In this document: in pieces, positions 46,136 to 56,064 of the stretch | Layout: each line of letters starts with the position of its first letter | Position numbering within the stretch: position 1 is the first letter of the stretch | From: an uncultured Clostridia bacterium | Lineage (GTDB): Bacteria > Bacillota > Clostridia > Christensenellales > CAG-314 | DNA length: 64,000 nucleotides | Direction: 5' to 3' | Assembly: GCA_947628135.1 (NCBI GenBank) | Contig: CANQYT010000001.1 | Coordinates: 129,285-193,284, forward strand | Program-made: the position numbers and the translations under genes | Notes under the pieces: model-generated | The model's database searches: none | Told to the model about the DNA's origin: nothing | The model's input: only the letters and a program-made list of their open reading frames with translations

Positions 46136-46504
46136 AACAATTTGACAACGGAAAAGTTTCGGCAAACTGCCGCACATAGAAAGTTGAAAGTGACCCGTTG
46201 CGGTCACTTTTTCAATACATTTTGGGGATAGTAGCGGTGTGTGGATTTCTTGAAAAAGCGTTTTGTCCAATAAATGGTCAAGCGGCGAGGGTTTTGCAGT
46301 AAAAACGAATCGGTTCTTCGCACCCGCAAGAAAATCCGTCGTCATTCCGAAATAATCGGCAATTGCGGCAAGTTTGGATAGGATCGGCTCGCACTCGCCC
46401 CTCCAAAGACTTATCACCGATTCGCCTACGTTCAATTCCTTTGCCAACCCGATTTGTCCTATTCCTTTTTCCTGCCGCAACGGTTTCAACATTTCCGCAA
46501 ACAT
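46004..46504 (-). CDS. XRE-family HTH protein (3' extent doubtful)
   Basis: The N-terminal 60 aa form a Cro/C1 HTH (IGQIGLAKELNVGESVISLWRGECEPILSKLAAIADYF). The C-terminal ~45 aa of the ORF overlap the convergent 43592..46135 gene by 132 nt. Confidence 0.45.
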   Translation of the reverse strand: MFAEMLKPLRQEKGIGQIGLAKELNVGESVISLWRGECEPILSKLAAIADYFGMTTDFLAGAKNRFVFTAKPSPLDHLLDKTLFQEIHTPLLSPKCIEKVTATGHFQLSMCGSLPKLFRCQIVLFHCRPSEVHISGNVAVEKEVAVVFYRSCLDSVCYRPFVIGNV

Positions 46505-46711
46505 TTTTTGCGCCGTCGGACTTCTTCATTACGTCAAGTCGTTTTTCTGCGCAACGCCTCGTTCTCTCTCAAAGACCGCTCGTTTATTCTGCCGCAACCT
46601 TTTGTAAATGCGCTGTTTGCATATTGTCATTACCCCTCATATCGAAAAAAAAGTACTTGACTTTCGTCCGCAATGTGAATATACTGTAAACAAAACAAAG
46701 GAGGAATATAT

Positions 46712-47044
46712 ATGTATTGTAAAAATTGCGGAAACGAAATAGACGATCGCGCAGCCGTATGTCCCAAATGCGGCGTTTCCACGGGTATAGTAACGGCGGT
46801 GCAGAACACCAACGTGCTTGCGATAGTGGGGTTTGTTTTGTCGTTTTTTATGTCCATCGCGGGACTTGTTTGCAGCATAATCGCGCGCAAGCAGATACGC
46901 GAAAGCGGTGAAAAAGGTATGAGTTTTGCAACTGCGGGAATGATAATCTCCATTGTTTCTATGGTTTTGTCCGTTGTGGCGGTGATTATCTCTTTGTTGA
47001 TTGTTTTCGTTTTCGCGTCAAGCATACCTTACTACTATCAATAG
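46712..47044 (+). CDS. zinc-ribbon plus DUF4190-like small membrane protein
   Basis: 110 aa. MYCKNCGNEI...CPKCG followed by two TM helices. GGAGG upstream. Confidence 0.7.
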   Translation: MYCKNCGNEIDDRAAVCPKCGVSTGIVTAVQNTNVLAIVGFVLSFFMSIAGLVCSIIARKQIRESGEKGMSFATAGMIISIVSMVLSVVAVIISLLIVFVFASSIPYYYQ

Positions 47045-47055
47045 TAATTGACAAA

Positions 47056-47088
47056 AGCGTCTCACTAAAAAAACGAGACGCTCTTTTT
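47056..47088 (+). terminator. rho-independent terminator
   Basis: Hairpin AGCGTCTC-actaaaaaaac-GAGACGCT followed by CTTTTT. Confidence 0.75.
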
Positions 47089-47221
47089 GCACACATTTTG
47101 CAAGACGTGCGGGTTTTCGGGAAATTTTTTGAGCGATCGAATGCAATGTGTTCCGCAATGCAAGCGGGACACTTTTTTTTGCTGCGCGGCATATACTGTC
47201 ACATAAACCGAGGAGTAAACT

Positions 47222-48994
47222 ATGTGCGGAATTTTCGGGGCAATATGCGACGGCGCGGTGTCAAACACCCTCAAAGCGTTGAAACTGTTGGAGTATCGCG
47301 GGTACGATTCGGCGGGTATAGCCGCTTTGCGCAACGACAAAATAGACGTATACAAGACGGAAGGACGTATTGCCGCCTTGCAGGAACTTATGCGCGGCGT
47401 GCCCGAATCGGACGTCGCAATCGGTCACACGCGTTGGGCGACGCACGGTTCGGTATGCACGGCAAACGCGCACCCGTTTCTTTCCCCCGACAAAAAATTC
47501 GCGGTGGTGCACAACGGGATAATAGAAAATCACTTGCAATTGAAGCGGGAACTCGGCAACGTGCGTTTCACCTCCCAAACGGACAGCGAAACCGTCGCGT
47601 ACCTGTTGGAAAAGTACTTCGACGGCGACGTTATGCGCACTTTGCTCACCGTCGCGCGCAAATTGCAAGGTTCTTTCGCGATAGCGGTGCTTGCCCTCTG
47701 CGAGCGCAAGATCTACGCTCTGCGCAGCAAAAGTCCGCTTGTTGTCGGCACTTCCGCAGACGGTGTTTTTCTCTGTTCGGACGTGCGTTGTATCTCCCGT
47801 TGGGCAAGCCGAGTTGCGGTGTGTCCGGACGGCTCTGCCGTGGAAATTTCGGCAGATGGGGTGCGAATTTTTGATTTTTCGGGCGCGCCGATACAGCCCG
47901 ATTTCTTTGTGCCCGAGCGTGCCGAACAGGCGGCAGGCGCAAACGGCGACTTTATGCTCAAAGAGATTTTCGAAATACCTCACAGGCTGCGCCTCGCAAA
48001 ACAAGGCTACGTAAACGGCGGCGGTCTGCGCCTGTCCGTTGCGGAGGCGCGCCGATTCCGACGCGTCTATCTCATCGGTTGCGGCACTGCGCACAACAGC
48101 GGTTTGCAGGCAGCTTCTTCGGCGCGTCGCTTGTTGGACGTAGACTTGCTGCCTGTTGTGGCAAGCGAGTTTATTTACGGCGACTATCCCGTTGGCGCGG
48201 ACGCGTTGGCGTTTCTTATCAGTCAAAGCGGCGAAACCGCCGACACCGTGCGCGCGGCGGAACGGGTCGCAAGCCTCGGCGGGGTAACGTACGCCGTTAC
48301 CAACACCTCCGAGTCCTCCCTCGCCTTTGCCTGCAAGTACACGGCGAATATATGCGCGGGCGGCGAATATGCCGTTGCAAGCACCAAGGCGTACAACTGT
48401 CAGTTGATGACTCTCGCTTTGCTGCTGTCCGAATTGGGCGTGCTACGCGGCTCGGTTACGGCACAAAGCCACGCCGAACTTTTGCGCAATTCCGACGCCG
48501 TTCCCGACGCGGTGGCGCAGGTGCTGGACAAAAGCGCCGACGTCGCCCGTCTTGCGGAGGAGGTGGCGAGGTGCAAAGCGGTGTTTTTCATCGGGCGCAC
48601 AACGGACTATCCCACCGCCTGCGAGGGCAGTCTCAAACTTAAAGAAATCAGTTACATACACAGCGAAGCGTACCCCGCGGGGGAACTCAAACACGGTACG
48701 CTTGCGCTTATGGAATCGGACGTTTGCGTGGTGGCGGTGTCCACCGATCCCGCTTTGAAAGGAAAAACCGCCTCCTCCGTGACAGAGGTTACCGCAAGAG
48801 GCGCGCGCGCACTGTCCGTCGCACCCTACACATTCCCCGACGCCACGCCCCTCGTGATACCGCAAACCGACCCTTTCGTTGCCGCGATGGTGTCGGTAGT
48901 GCCGTTGCAGTTGTTGGCGTACTACACGGCAAAGCGCCTCGGACGGGACGTAGACAAGCCGCGCCACCTCGCCAAGTCCGTCACGGTGGAGTAA
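47222..48994 (+). CDS. glmS: glutamine--fructose-6-phosphate aminotransferase
   Basis: 590 aa. MCGIFG N-terminal nucleophile, two SIS domains, and the C-terminal ...KSVTVE. Confidence 0.95.
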   Translation: MCGIFGAICDGAVSNTLKALKLLEYRGYDSAGIAALRNDKIDVYKTEGRIAALQELMRGVPESDVAIGHTRWATHGSVCTANAHPFLSPDKKFAVVHNGIIENHLQLKRELGNVRFTSQTDSETVAYLLEKYFDGDVMRTLLTVARKLQGSFAIAVLALCERKIYALRSKSPLVVGTSADGVFLCSDVRCISRWASRVAVCPDGSAVEISADGVRIFDFSGAPIQPDFFVPERAEQAAGANGDFMLKEIFEIPHRLRLAKQGYVNGGGLRLSVAEARRFRRVYLIGCGTAHNSGLQAASSARRLLDVDLLPVVASEFIYGDYPVGADALAFLISQSGETADTVRAAERVASLGGVTYAVTNTSESSLAFACKYTANICAGGEYAVASTKAYNCQLMTLALLLSELGVLRGSVTAQSHAELLRNSDAVPDAVAQVLDKSADVARLAEEVARCKAVFFIGRTTDYPTACEGSLKLKEISYIHSEAYPAGELKHGTLALMESDVCVVAVSTDPALKGKTASSVTEVTARGARALSVAPYTFPDATPLVIPQTDPFVAAMVSVVPLQLLAYYTAKRLGRDVDKPRHLAKSVTVE

Positions 48995-49023
48995 TTTTGC
49001 GTCTGCGCAATCGGCAAAATCGG

Positions 49024-49268
49024 TTGACAAAATAAGGTGGAGTATATTATTATATAGTCAGTAGAAACTATTTCGTTCGGGCGCGTCGGAAAACTGTTGC
49101 GCAGTTGGGCGCGCAGGACGAACTTACAGGTGGTTATGTCCCGACAGATCGACAAATTCATCGGCAAGATGGGCACGCAGGCGGATCGCGTTTCTTTCGC
49201 CGCGCGTTTTGCGTCTGTTTTCGCAAGCCTGCCCGCCAAGACAAGCACTTTCAGGTGCTTGTTTTTTT
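49024..49268 (+). ncRNA. candidate stand-alone small RNA or orphan leader (promoter-to-terminator unit of about 210 nt)
   Basis: TTGACA (49024), an 18-nt spacer, then TATTAT. A GC-rich structured stretch follows. It ends in the hairpin AAGCAC-tttcag-GTGCTT plus T7 (49243-49268). No convincing RBS-led ORF. A separate consensus promoter follows at 49322. Confidence 0.35.
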
Positions 49269-49321
49269 GTTTGCCGCAAGCGGGCGAGCCGATTCGATTT
49301 GAAAAGTTTTTCAAATGGGTA

Positions 49322-49350
49322 TTGACTTGACCGTTTTGAAATGGTATAAT
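49322..49350 (+). promoter_or_regulatory. sigma-A-type promoter upstream of the RDD-family gene
   Basis: TTGACT, a 17-nt spacer, then TATAAT. Confidence 0.75.
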
Positions 49351-49499
49351 CTATTGAGCGAGAGGTATAAGCGATAGTTATGCCCTGTCGGCAAACAACG
49401 CCGATTCGACTAATTTTTTGGAGGAAAATATGCTTGGTTTGTCGATTGAACGTACGGAATGGCACTGTGCGGTAGACGACATTCGGGTATTGGAATAGA

Positions 49500-50375
49500 A
49501 TGATTTACGACGTGCAAAAAGCCGGCGTGCTAAAAAGATTTTCAGCGTTTTTGCTGGATTTTATATTGCTTTGCGTAGTGGCGGCGGGGTTTGCGTTTCT
49601 GCTGGCGTGGATAACGCAAGTGGACAAGTACACGGACACATTGCACGGCTACTACGAGGAGTACGGACAAAGGTACGGCGTAGATTTTGACATTTCCGCA
49701 GAAGACTATGGCAAACTTACGGACGAGCAAAGGGACGTGTACCAAGAAGCGTATTCGGCGATTTTCAGTGAAAACAGCGACGCAGTCAAGGCGTACAATA
49801 TGTCGATAATGTTGCCCATACTCATTACGACGATAAGCCTTTTGATTTCGTTCATAATTTTGGAGTTTGTCGTGCCGCTTTGTCTGAAAAACGGTCAGAC
49901 CGTTGGCAAAAAGGTGTTCGGTTTGGGAGTGGTGTTCAACAACAGCGTGCGCATAACAACCTTTGCGTTGTTTGTACGCTCTATATTCGGCAAATACACC
50001 ATAGGGACGATGTTTCCCGTGATACTTATTATGTTGATGTTGTATCAACAAATGGGTGCGATCATAGTATTGATTTTGGTTGCGGCGTTGGTGATTTTGC
50101 AATTGGCATTGTTTATCTTTACCAAGACGCACTCGTTCATTCACGATATATTGGCAAGCACGGTGGTAGTGGATTTGTCCTCGCAGATGGTATTCGAGTC
50201 CACGCAGGAGTTGATTTCCTACAAGGAGCAACTCAGCCGCGAGCAAGCGGAGCGCGAAGGCAAAACTCAATCGTTGGAACAACCCGTCAATTTAGATGAC
50301 GTACCCGTCGGAGAGGAACAAGCCTACATTGCCAAGGCGCGCGCCCAATCCCAAAAGTCCAAGAAAAAAAGATAA
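49500..50375 (+). CDS. RDD-family membrane protein
   Basis: 291 aa. N-terminal KRFSAFLLDFILL and multiple TM helices typical of RDD domains, followed by a charged C-terminal tail. Confidence 0.6.
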   Translation: MIYDVQKAGVLKRFSAFLLDFILLCVVAAGFAFLLAWITQVDKYTDTLHGYYEEYGQRYGVDFDISAEDYGKLTDEQRDVYQEAYSAIFSENSDAVKAYNMSIMLPILITTISLLISFIILEFVVPLCLKNGQTVGKKVFGLGVVFNNSVRITTFALFVRSIFGKYTIGTMFPVILIMLMLYQQMGAIIVLILVAALVILQLALFIFTKTHSFIHDILASTVVVDLSSQMVFESTQELISYKEQLSREQAEREGKTQSLEQPVNLDDVPVGEEQAYIAKARAQSQKSKKKR

Positions 50376-50396
50376 CACACTGTATCGGGGGTAAGA

Positions 50397-51143
50397 ATGG
50401 AAAAAATCATTTACAAAAAAGTTACCATATCGGTAGGAAGCAGTGACGACAGCGTGTCGATCCATTGTATTCGATTGAAAGGCGACGAAAAATTGGAAAT
50501 AGGCGAGCAAATCACCGTTCGCGGAGAATTGAAACGTCGCGACAGCCAATTGGAGTTCGGCAACGGATGTTCCTTTGTAAAGGATGTCGACGGACAAGTC
50601 GCCGAACCGAGCGTAGTATCAGCATTGAGGGATCTTCCCGAGGGCGAGTTCTACGCCGAGGGCTTTTGCGCGCTTACGGGTACTGTTTCCGTGATAGAAA
50701 AGGTGCAAAACGACGTTCCGCAAAAAACCACCTACCTCATTGGTTCGTTGACGATGTTTGTAGCCGCCGTATTTTATATGTTGATGTCCGATTTATCTTT
50801 CAAAAATACTGCGGACAGGTTGATAATTTCGGTGTTGTTGGCGTTTGGTAGCGCAATACTGTTCTTCTTGTCCGTCAACTTTACCGAAAAGCCCGTCGTA
50901 ATGTGGATATTCAAAGGATTGGGGTTGGCATTGGGCATGGGTTTTATAGTGTACTTGCACATTTTCCAACAATCCGAAACGTTTGACGCCATTTTGGAAG
51001 TTTTCCGCAGAAAGGGCATTTCGGGCGAATCCGAACTGTTGATGTCGCAGATAACAATGATAGTCACGCTTGCGCTCGGCTACATTTCCGTTGCGGGACA
51101 GGCGGCAAATACGGTGCTTGTCGCAGTGATAAAAGACAAGTAA
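50397..51143 (+). CDS. hypothetical membrane protein with a small N-terminal soluble domain
   Basis: 248 aa. About 110 aa of soluble beta-rich N-terminus, then four TM helices. Confidence 0.5.
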   Translation: MEKIIYKKVTISVGSSDDSVSIHCIRLKGDEKLEIGEQITVRGELKRRDSQLEFGNGCSFVKDVDGQVAEPSVVSALRDLPEGEFYAEGFCALTGTVSVIEKVQNDVPQKTTYLIGSLTMFVAAVFYMLMSDLSFKNTADRLIISVLLAFGSAILFFLSVNFTEKPVVMWIFKGLGLALGMGFIVYLHIFQQSETFDAILEVFRRKGISGESELLMSQITMIVTLALGYISVAGQAANTVLVAVIKDK

Positions 51144-51187
51144 AAGCAAAACAATTCAAGTAAAACAATATAAGGACGGAAAAAAAT

Positions 51188-52321
51188 ATGAAAGTTGTGT
51201 TGAAAGAACTAACCAAAATCTTTCCCGGCAGAACAAAAAAAGCGCCGGAAGTTGTTGCTGTCAACAAATTCGATTTTGAGATCCCCGACGGAAAACTGGT
51301 CGGATTGTTGGGACCTTCGGGCTGCGGCAAAAGTACCACGTTGTATATGATTTGCGGATTGCAGAAGCCGAGCAGCGGCAAAATATTCTTCGGTGACGAC
51401 GACGTTACCGAACTTTCGCCGGAAAATCGCGGGGTGGGGTTGGTTTTCCAAAACTACGCGCTGTACCCGCATATGACGGTCAAACAAAACATTTTGTTCC
51501 CGTTGCAAAACTTCAAGGGGGCGGACAGACTCTCCAAGTCGGAGATGTTGGAGCGCGCCTACAATGTGGCAAAGTTGGTGCAGATCGACGACCTTATGGA
51601 CCGCAAGCCCAGCGAACTGTCCGGCGGACAGCAACAGCGCGTCGCCATTGCCCGTGCCCTTGTCAAGATGCCCAGAGTTTTGCTTTTGGACGAACCGCTG
51701 AGCAACCTCGACGCACGTCTGCGTCTGCAAACGCGTGAGGAGATCAAGCGTATCCAGCGCGAAACGGGCATTACCACGGTGTTCGTCACCCACGACCAGG
51801 AGGAGGCAATGTCCATTTCCGACATCATAGTGGTGATGAAGTTGGGCGTGGTGCAGCAAATCGACAAACCGCAGACCGTTTACGAAGATCCCGTCAATTT
51901 GTTTGTTGCCAAGTTCCTCGGCACGCCGCCTATCAACGTGTTTGAGGGGTATGTCAGCGGCGGAAAGTTGTTTATCGGTGAGGATCGCGTTTTGGACGTG
52001 GACGGCGTAGAAGATCAAGACGTATTTGTCGGTATCCGTCCGGAAGGTTTCATCTACGACGAAAAAGGTCCTTTCCACTGCGCTTTGCGCAACGTCGAGG
52101 TTATGGGACGCGACGTATCCATTGTTTCCACCAACGGCGCTTCGCTCAACCCGATAATTCGTTCGATAGTGGACGCCGACAACAAGATAGACGTTTCGGC
52201 GGAAAAAGTTTCCTTCACCCTTAAACCCCACAAGGTATTTATATTCAACAAGGAAACGGAAGAGCGTATCCGTTTTGGCAAGAGCGAGCAAAACTCCCAA
52301 ACGTCAAGCAAGGAGGACTAA
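51188..52321 (+). CDS. carbohydrate-type ABC transporter ATP-binding protein (MsmX/UgpC/MalK-like)
   Basis: 377 aa. Walker A GPSGCGKST, signature LSGGQQQRVAIARAL, Walker B LLLDEPLSNLD, and a C-terminal regulatory beta domain. Confidence 0.9.
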   Translation: MKVVLKELTKIFPGRTKKAPEVVAVNKFDFEIPDGKLVGLLGPSGCGKSTTLYMICGLQKPSSGKIFFGDDDVTELSPENRGVGLVFQNYALYPHMTVKQNILFPLQNFKGADRLSKSEMLERAYNVAKLVQIDDLMDRKPSELSGGQQQRVAIARALVKMPRVLLLDEPLSNLDARLRLQTREEIKRIQRETGITTVFVTHDQEEAMSISDIIVVMKLGVVQQIDKPQTVYEDPVNLFVAKFLGTPPINVFEGYVSGGKLFIGEDRVLDVDGVEDQDVFVGIRPEGFIYDEKGPFHCALRNVEVMGRDVSIVSTNGASLNPIIRSIVDADNKIDVSAEKVSFTLKPHKVFIFNKETEERIRFGKSEQNSQTSSKED

Positions 52322-52325
52322 CACT

Positions 52326-53276
52326 ATGGTAGATGGCAAAAAACAATGGAAGGCTTGGCTGTACTTGTCGCCGGTTATACTACTGACGTTGGTATTTACT
52401 GTCTGGCCGATAATCAACACCGTGCGTATCGCCTTTCTCGACGACTACACCTTGATGGACGATGTCGGTGGAATGACGTTCTCGGTGGGTGTGTACAACT
52501 TCGAAAAAGTCATCAACTATCCGGAGTTTCTCACCTGTCTCAAAAACACTCTGTTGCTCACGGTCATCACAGTGCCCATTTCGACCTTTTTGGCATTGCT
52601 CATTGCAGTATGCCTCAACTCTATCAAAGCGCTCAACAGATTGTTGCAAACTATCTACTTTTTGCCCTATGTCACCAACACCATAGCGATAGGTATCGTG
52701 TTCTCCACGATGTTCAGTATGGTCGGTACGGGCTTTGGCGGAGCAAACCCCTATATCAGTACCGCAGGTATAATCAACAACATAATCGGCGTTTTCGGTA
52801 TCGAACCGGTCAATTGGGTCAATACGGGCTCAACTTATTGGGCAAATATGTTTGTTATGTGCGTGTACATCATTTGGAACGCGCTGCCTTTCAAGATACT
52901 CATTTTGTTGGGCGGTTTGCAAAGCGTCAACAAGCAGTACTACGACGCCGCCAAGGTGGACGGCACAAGTCGTGTGCGTACTTTCTTCCGTATCACCGTA
53001 CCAATGCTCAGTCCTATGCTCGCCTATGTAGTTATCACCGGTTTTATCGGCGGTTTCAAGGAGTACAGCAGTATCGTCGGTGTGTTCGGCGAGGAAATGG
53101 GACCTGCCGGCAACGAGGGTGCGCTCAACACAATGGTGGGATTTATCAACCGCAACTTGATGAGCGGCTCTCCGAGAGAGGGCATAGCAAGTGCGGGCGC
53201 GATACTTCTGTTTATAATAATTTTTGCTGTGACAATGCTCAATATGTACGTCAGCAAAAAGAGAGTTCACTACTAA
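52326..53276 (+). CDS. carbohydrate ABC transporter permease (MalF/UgpA-like)
   Basis: Met 18 of ORF 52275..53276. Six TM segments and an EAA-loop AAKVDGTSRVRTFFRITVPML. Confidence 0.85.
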   Translation: MVDGKKQWKAWLYLSPVILLTLVFTVWPIINTVRIAFLDDYTLMDDVGGMTFSVGVYNFEKVINYPEFLTCLKNTLLLTVITVPISTFLALLIAVCLNSIKALNRLLQTIYFLPYVTNTIAIGIVFSTMFSMVGTGFGGANPYISTAGIINNIIGVFGIEPVNWVNTGSTYWANMFVMCVYIIWNALPFKILILLGGLQSVNKQYYDAAKVDGTSRVRTFFRITVPMLSPMLAYVVITGFIGGFKEYSSIVGVFGEEMGPAGNEGALNTMVGFINRNLMSGSPREGIASAGAILLFIIIFAVTMLNMYVSKKRVHY

Positions 53277-53342
53277 GGAGAATTACTATGACGCAAAACT
53301 TTTCGTACATAACTGCGACGGCAGTTTTTCAGAGGTGAATAT

Positions 53343-54506
53343 ATGACAAACTTGCTTTCTTTGTCTCAAGGCGGAATGGTCGCCCTCTTAGTAATATTCG
53401 GCGTAGTGATCCTGTTGGAACTCTGTTACATAGGTTATCTGTGCTATTTACGCGCAACGGGTCGCAAACACTTTTCTTTGCGCCGCGAACGGCAAACGGT
53501 GACTCCTCGCGTTGAAACCCAAACCGACGATGGCTTTGCCCTCACAACCGAGTCCCTCGGCGACACCAAGGCGCTTGGCAAGGGCGTAATGAAAGAGCGC
53601 AATATAGAAACGGTAAAAAAGGTTCAAAAAGTTACCAAAATTATCGTCAAGATCTTGATCTATATCTTCTTGATAGCGGTAGCGATCAGCGTTCTGTTCC
53701 CCTTCTATTGGATGATAATTTCATCGTTGAAGTCCTACGACGAGTACGCATTGGAAGGCGACTTTGCCAGCCGCGTATCGCCCACGTTCTTTCCGCAAAC
53801 GATTTTGTGGAGCAACTACGCCGAGGCGTTCAGTACGGCAAATCTCGGTACTCTGTTTCTTAACACCGTGTTTGTCGGTATTGTTTCCACGATATTGTCG
53901 CTTATCATCACCGTGCTTGCGGCGTTTGCCTTTGCTCGGTTGCAGTTCCGCGGCAAAAACGTGTTGTTTGCAGCGTTGCTCGCCACAATGATGATACCGG
54001 GAGAACTGTTTACCATCACCAACTACGGTACGGTCACCAACATTCTCGGTTGGGGCAACACTTATACGGCGCTCATTGTACCTTTCCTCGTCAGCGTGTT
54101 TTACATTTATTTGTTGCGGCAAAACTTCTTACAGATACCGGACGAATTGTACTACGCAGCCAAGGTGGACGGTACGAGTGACCTCAAATACCTGTGGAAA
54201 GTGATGATTCCCCTGGCTTTGCCCACGATCATTTCCATTACCATTCTAAAAATGATGGGTTCTTGGAACAGTTACATTTGGCCTCGTCTCGTTGCCAACG
54301 ACGATTTGCACCAACTCATCACCAACGGTCTGCGCGACACTCAATTCAACGTATATTTGCCCGACGGCTCGATCGATCAGGACAAGATAAACTATCCCGT
54401 GCAGATGGCGGCGGTAACATTGGTGTCCATACCTTTGTTCCTTGTGTTCATATTCCTGCGCAAGTACATAATGAAGGGCGTCAGCCGTAGCGGCTTAAAA
54501 GGATAG
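53343..54506 (+). CDS. carbohydrate ABC transporter permease (MalG/UgpE-like) with an N-terminal extension
   Basis: 387 aa. An extra N-terminal TM plus about 80 aa of linker precede the canonical core. EAA-loop AAKVDGTSDLKYLWKVMIPLALP. Confidence 0.85.
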   Translation: MTNLLSLSQGGMVALLVIFGVVILLELCYIGYLCYLRATGRKHFSLRRERQTVTPRVETQTDDGFALTTESLGDTKALGKGVMKERNIETVKKVQKVTKIIVKILIYIFLIAVAISVLFPFYWMIISSLKSYDEYALEGDFASRVSPTFFPQTILWSNYAEAFSTANLGTLFLNTVFVGIVSTILSLIITVLAAFAFARLQFRGKNVLFAALLATMMIPGELFTITNYGTVTNILGWGNTYTALIVPFLVSVFYIYLLRQNFLQIPDELYYAAKVDGTSDLKYLWKVMIPLALPTIISITILKMMGSWNSYIWPRLVANDDLHQLITNGLRDTQFNVYLPDGSIDQDKINYPVQMAAVTLVSIPLFLVFIFLRKYIMKGVSRSGLKG

Positions 54507-54571
54507 AACTGTTTTATACAGTTTTATATAGTAACACTTTTGCAACAAAAAATAAAAAAAGGAGAATTTTT

Positions 54572-56044
54572 ATGAAAAAATTTATTGCAGTTACTCTTGC
54601 GATACTTTTGGTTGTATCGGCGGTATTCGTACTTGCCGCTTGCAATAATAATCGCAGAGGAGAGTTTGTCATTCCCGAGGGAGGATACGACGGCAGCGCT
54701 GTTACCATCACATTCATTTCGAGTATGGGACAGGACTACGGTACGATTTTGGATGAATATCTTGCACAATTTAAGGAACTGTATCCAAATATAACCGTCG
54801 ATCACCAACGCGGAGGCGACTATGACAGCAACCGAGACATTATCAAAACGCAATTGGGCAACAATCAAGCCCCCAACCTTGCGTTCTGCTACTCCGACCA
54901 CGTGGCTCTGTACAACAGGTCCAAGGCGGTGGTTGTGTTGGACAGCCTGATCGACAGCGACATTCAGCAGACCCACGCTGACGGTACTACGGAGCAGTTG
55001 GGCTTGACGGCCGCGCAAAAAGCCGACTTTATCCAAACCTACTACAACGAGGGCAAGAGTTTCGGCGACGACAAGATGTATATGATCCCGTTTGCAAAGT
55101 CCACCGAATTGATGTACTACAACAAGACGTCCTTTGATGCTTGGGAGCTTCCCGTGCCCGATCACTGGTTTGCCAGCGACGGTCTGGAAGGACTTGCCAC
55201 TGCCGATCACACCAGTATGGAGTACGCGCTTGCCTTCATAAAGGACAAGGACCCCAAATCCACCCCGTTGGGAGTTGATTCCGGTGCAAACTGGTTGATT
55301 ACGCTGTTTGAGCAGTTTGAAACGGGCTACACCAAGGCTACGGCGCCTCACTATCTGTTCGACAACGAAGACAACTACGAGATTTTGACAACGCTCAGAA
55401 GATGGTATCAAAACAACTGGTTTACAACCAGACAGTTGCTAAGCGGCACGTATACCAGCACGTATTTCACGTCCGCAAGTAGCGACCAAGGCAAGAAATC
55501 CTACATTTCCATCGGTTCTTCGGCAGGTGCGGCAAAGCAGGTCCCTGCTGCAAGTGCAAACTTTGATGTTGGCGTAACCATCATTCCGCAAAAGGCGGCG
55601 AACACGCCCATCAACCAATCCAAGGTCATTTCCCAAGGTCCCAGCGTTTGTCTGTTCAACTCCGACAACCCGCAGGAAGTTGTAGCAAGTTGGTTGCTTG
55701 CCAAGTTCCTTGTTACCAATGCGGAGTTTGAAGCTCGCTACGGTATGGCAGCAGGCTATTTGCCCGTCATTCAATCCGTTCAGCAATTGGACGGCTACAA
55801 GCAAAGGTTGGAACAAGCCGACACCAAGGAAAACATAGCAGGTATGGCTGCCAAACTGTGCTTGGACTATAAAGACGCTTTGTTCGTGTCTCCCGCTTTC
55901 TACGGTTCTTCCGAAGCGCGCGACCAGATGGACGCTTTGCTCAATGGATGCGTTATCTTGTTGACTGGCAGCACCGATGCAGCCGCTATCAGAAAAGGCA
56001 TTGAGGACCAGTTTAAGGACGCTCTTGCAAAATGCGAATATTGA
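54572..56044 (+). CDS. ABC transporter extracellular solute-binding lipoprotein
   Basis: 490 aa. Lipobox VLAAC, and the size and composition of a family-1 sugar SBP. Confidence 0.8.
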   Translation: MKKFIAVTLAILLVVSAVFVLAACNNNRRGEFVIPEGGYDGSAVTITFISSMGQDYGTILDEYLAQFKELYPNITVDHQRGGDYDSNRDIIKTQLGNNQAPNLAFCYSDHVALYNRSKAVVVLDSLIDSDIQQTHADGTTEQLGLTAAQKADFIQTYYNEGKSFGDDKMYMIPFAKSTELMYYNKTSFDAWELPVPDHWFASDGLEGLATADHTSMEYALAFIKDKDPKSTPLGVDSGANWLITLFEQFETGYTKATAPHYLFDNEDNYEILTTLRRWYQNNWFTTRQLLSGTYTSTYFTSASSDQGKKSYISIGSSAGAAKQVPAASANFDVGVTIIPQKAANTPINQSKVISQGPSVCLFNSDNPQEVVASWLLAKFLVTNAEFEARYGMAAGYLPVIQSVQQLDGYKQRLEQADTKENIAGMAAKLCLDYKDALFVSPAFYGSSEARDQMDALLNGCVILLTGSTDAAAIRKGIEDQFKDALAKCEY

Positions 56045-56064
56045 TACGCAGAGGTTAAATAAAA

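Noticed and set aside
47089-47221. glmS ribozyme in the glmS leader.
   Set aside because: The conserved core elements I remember (GACGAGG ... GGTTATCGAA ... CGGCGGATGCC-type segments) are not present. The leader is short and unremarkable.
49100-49160. T-box riboswitch, suggested by ACAGGTGGTTATGTCCCG.
   Set aside because: This is only a partial resemblance to the GGGTGGTACCGCG T-box sequence. There is no specifier-loop or AG-bulge context. No aminoacyl-tRNA-synthetase or amino-acid gene lies downstream.
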